Source: the human T2T-CHM13v2.0 reference genome, Homo sapiens. From it: a stretch of DNA of 64,000 bases. Shown here piece after piece: positions 62,876 to 64,000 of this stretch. How positions within the stretch are numbered: position 1 is the stretch's first letter; every line of letters starts with the position of its first letter. The position numbers and the translations under genes are program-made. Location of the stretch: NCBI RefSeq assembly GCF_009914755.1, contig NC_060932.1; one strand, 5' to 3'. Below the pieces are notes generated by a model. The model was not told where the DNA came from. It saw only the letters and a list, made by a program, of their open reading frames with translations, and ran no database searches.

Positions 62876-64000
62876 TACGTATTTCTAGTATTCCACGTCA
62901 AATATTTATGCAGTTCAAACTATGCACTAACAACAGTAATTTGGAATAGCTCATAAAGTACGAAGTCCTTTGAAGATGATAACTGCATAGATTAAGAATT
63001 TCAAGAAAGAAAAGTATCTAATTAATACAGTTTTAAAGGTCCTTATTTTTCTGAGTCTCATTTTTTTTTGGTAAAATGAAGCACGTGTTTTAAGATTATA
63101 TAATCCATTCCCTCTTTAAACTTATTATTCAAGGCAAAATATCTGGTTACAAACCTAGAGTAACCCTGTCTCTATTATTAAAAGTTGGCATACAAATAAA
63201 CTCTTTCTTTTACATATGTTAGCAAAGCTTATTCTACGAGGGGCATCTCCCGCAACATTGGCTTTTGCTTTATAGTTCTGCGATAGCACAGGAGAAAATA
63301 AAATAGTGTGCAAATTGCAACACTGTAAAACCTTAAATTAGAAATAAAGGTGATAGCAGGAACGTCTATTAAAAAAACTGCTCACCCATATTTTCGTCCA
63401 TTCTAACAGAAAAAAGAAAATGAATGAAATATCAAGTTCCCTTATCAAAGACCAATGACAATGAAAATATGGCAGGTACTTGTTAGGAGTATAAGCCACC
63501 TCCAGCCATTTCTATGTCAAACCTCAAAGAGGAAACACTATTCAACTAGACGTTCTCAGTTTTGTGCCAAAAAGTGTGAGAAAAAAGTAAGATTTGCTGT
63601 GTTCTAGGTGAGCTAAGGAATTATTTTCACCAGTATTGCTTGGGACACCCAGCCCCCTAAATGAACACTAATGAATGAACAGAAATTAATCTAATGGTCA
63701 AATTGTGATTCAGGTTCCTACAAACAACTTAAGACCTTCATTTTGTTTAGACATGTTGACTGGAAGGGGTCTGAGGTTCCAGTCAACTCACATGTGATCT
63801 TGGACTGGTCACTGAACCTCTCTGCATCTCAGCCGCCCCTCAGTAGGGAAAAGGCACTGGTTTTCCAGGCTGCCTTTGCCAAGTTCTGGAACGTCCCATG
63901 AAAATGACTTTTACAGATGTCCAAGCATTACATAAAATGCCCTTTCTGTGCTATACAATTTGAAAAAGAGAACTGTATGGAGATTGGATCCCTTATGAGT

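Overview
Human (primate) genomic DNA, Alu-dense. The right two thirds hold the 3' part of DLC1 (ARHGAP7/STARD12, a SAM-RhoGAP-START tumour suppressor) on the minus strand: 13 GT-AG coding exons from 52124 down to the TGA at 22281-22283, then a ~2.4 kb 3' UTR ending near 19835. The exons sum to 3239 nt; adding the 37 nt from an upstream exon outside the window gives the 1091-aa isoform as I recall it. Exon numbers 6-18 follow the long isoform, from memory. Positions 1-19.8 kb look intergenic (Alu, L1, L2, MIR, MLT1, MER4, MER3, simple repeats). Repeat boundaries and subfamilies are by-eye estimates. I see no new gene system, CRISPR array or RNA gene. The best leads are RNA-processing features: (1) the exon 15/16 junction recreates a donor identical to exon 16's own; (2) exons 14-16, bracketed by inverted Alus, would form a stop-free in-frame 552-nt circle; (3) exon 10 sits tightly between inverted Alus; (4) the distal poly(A) signal lies in an L2 3' end; (5) the 3' UTR has a miR-200/Pumilio site cluster.
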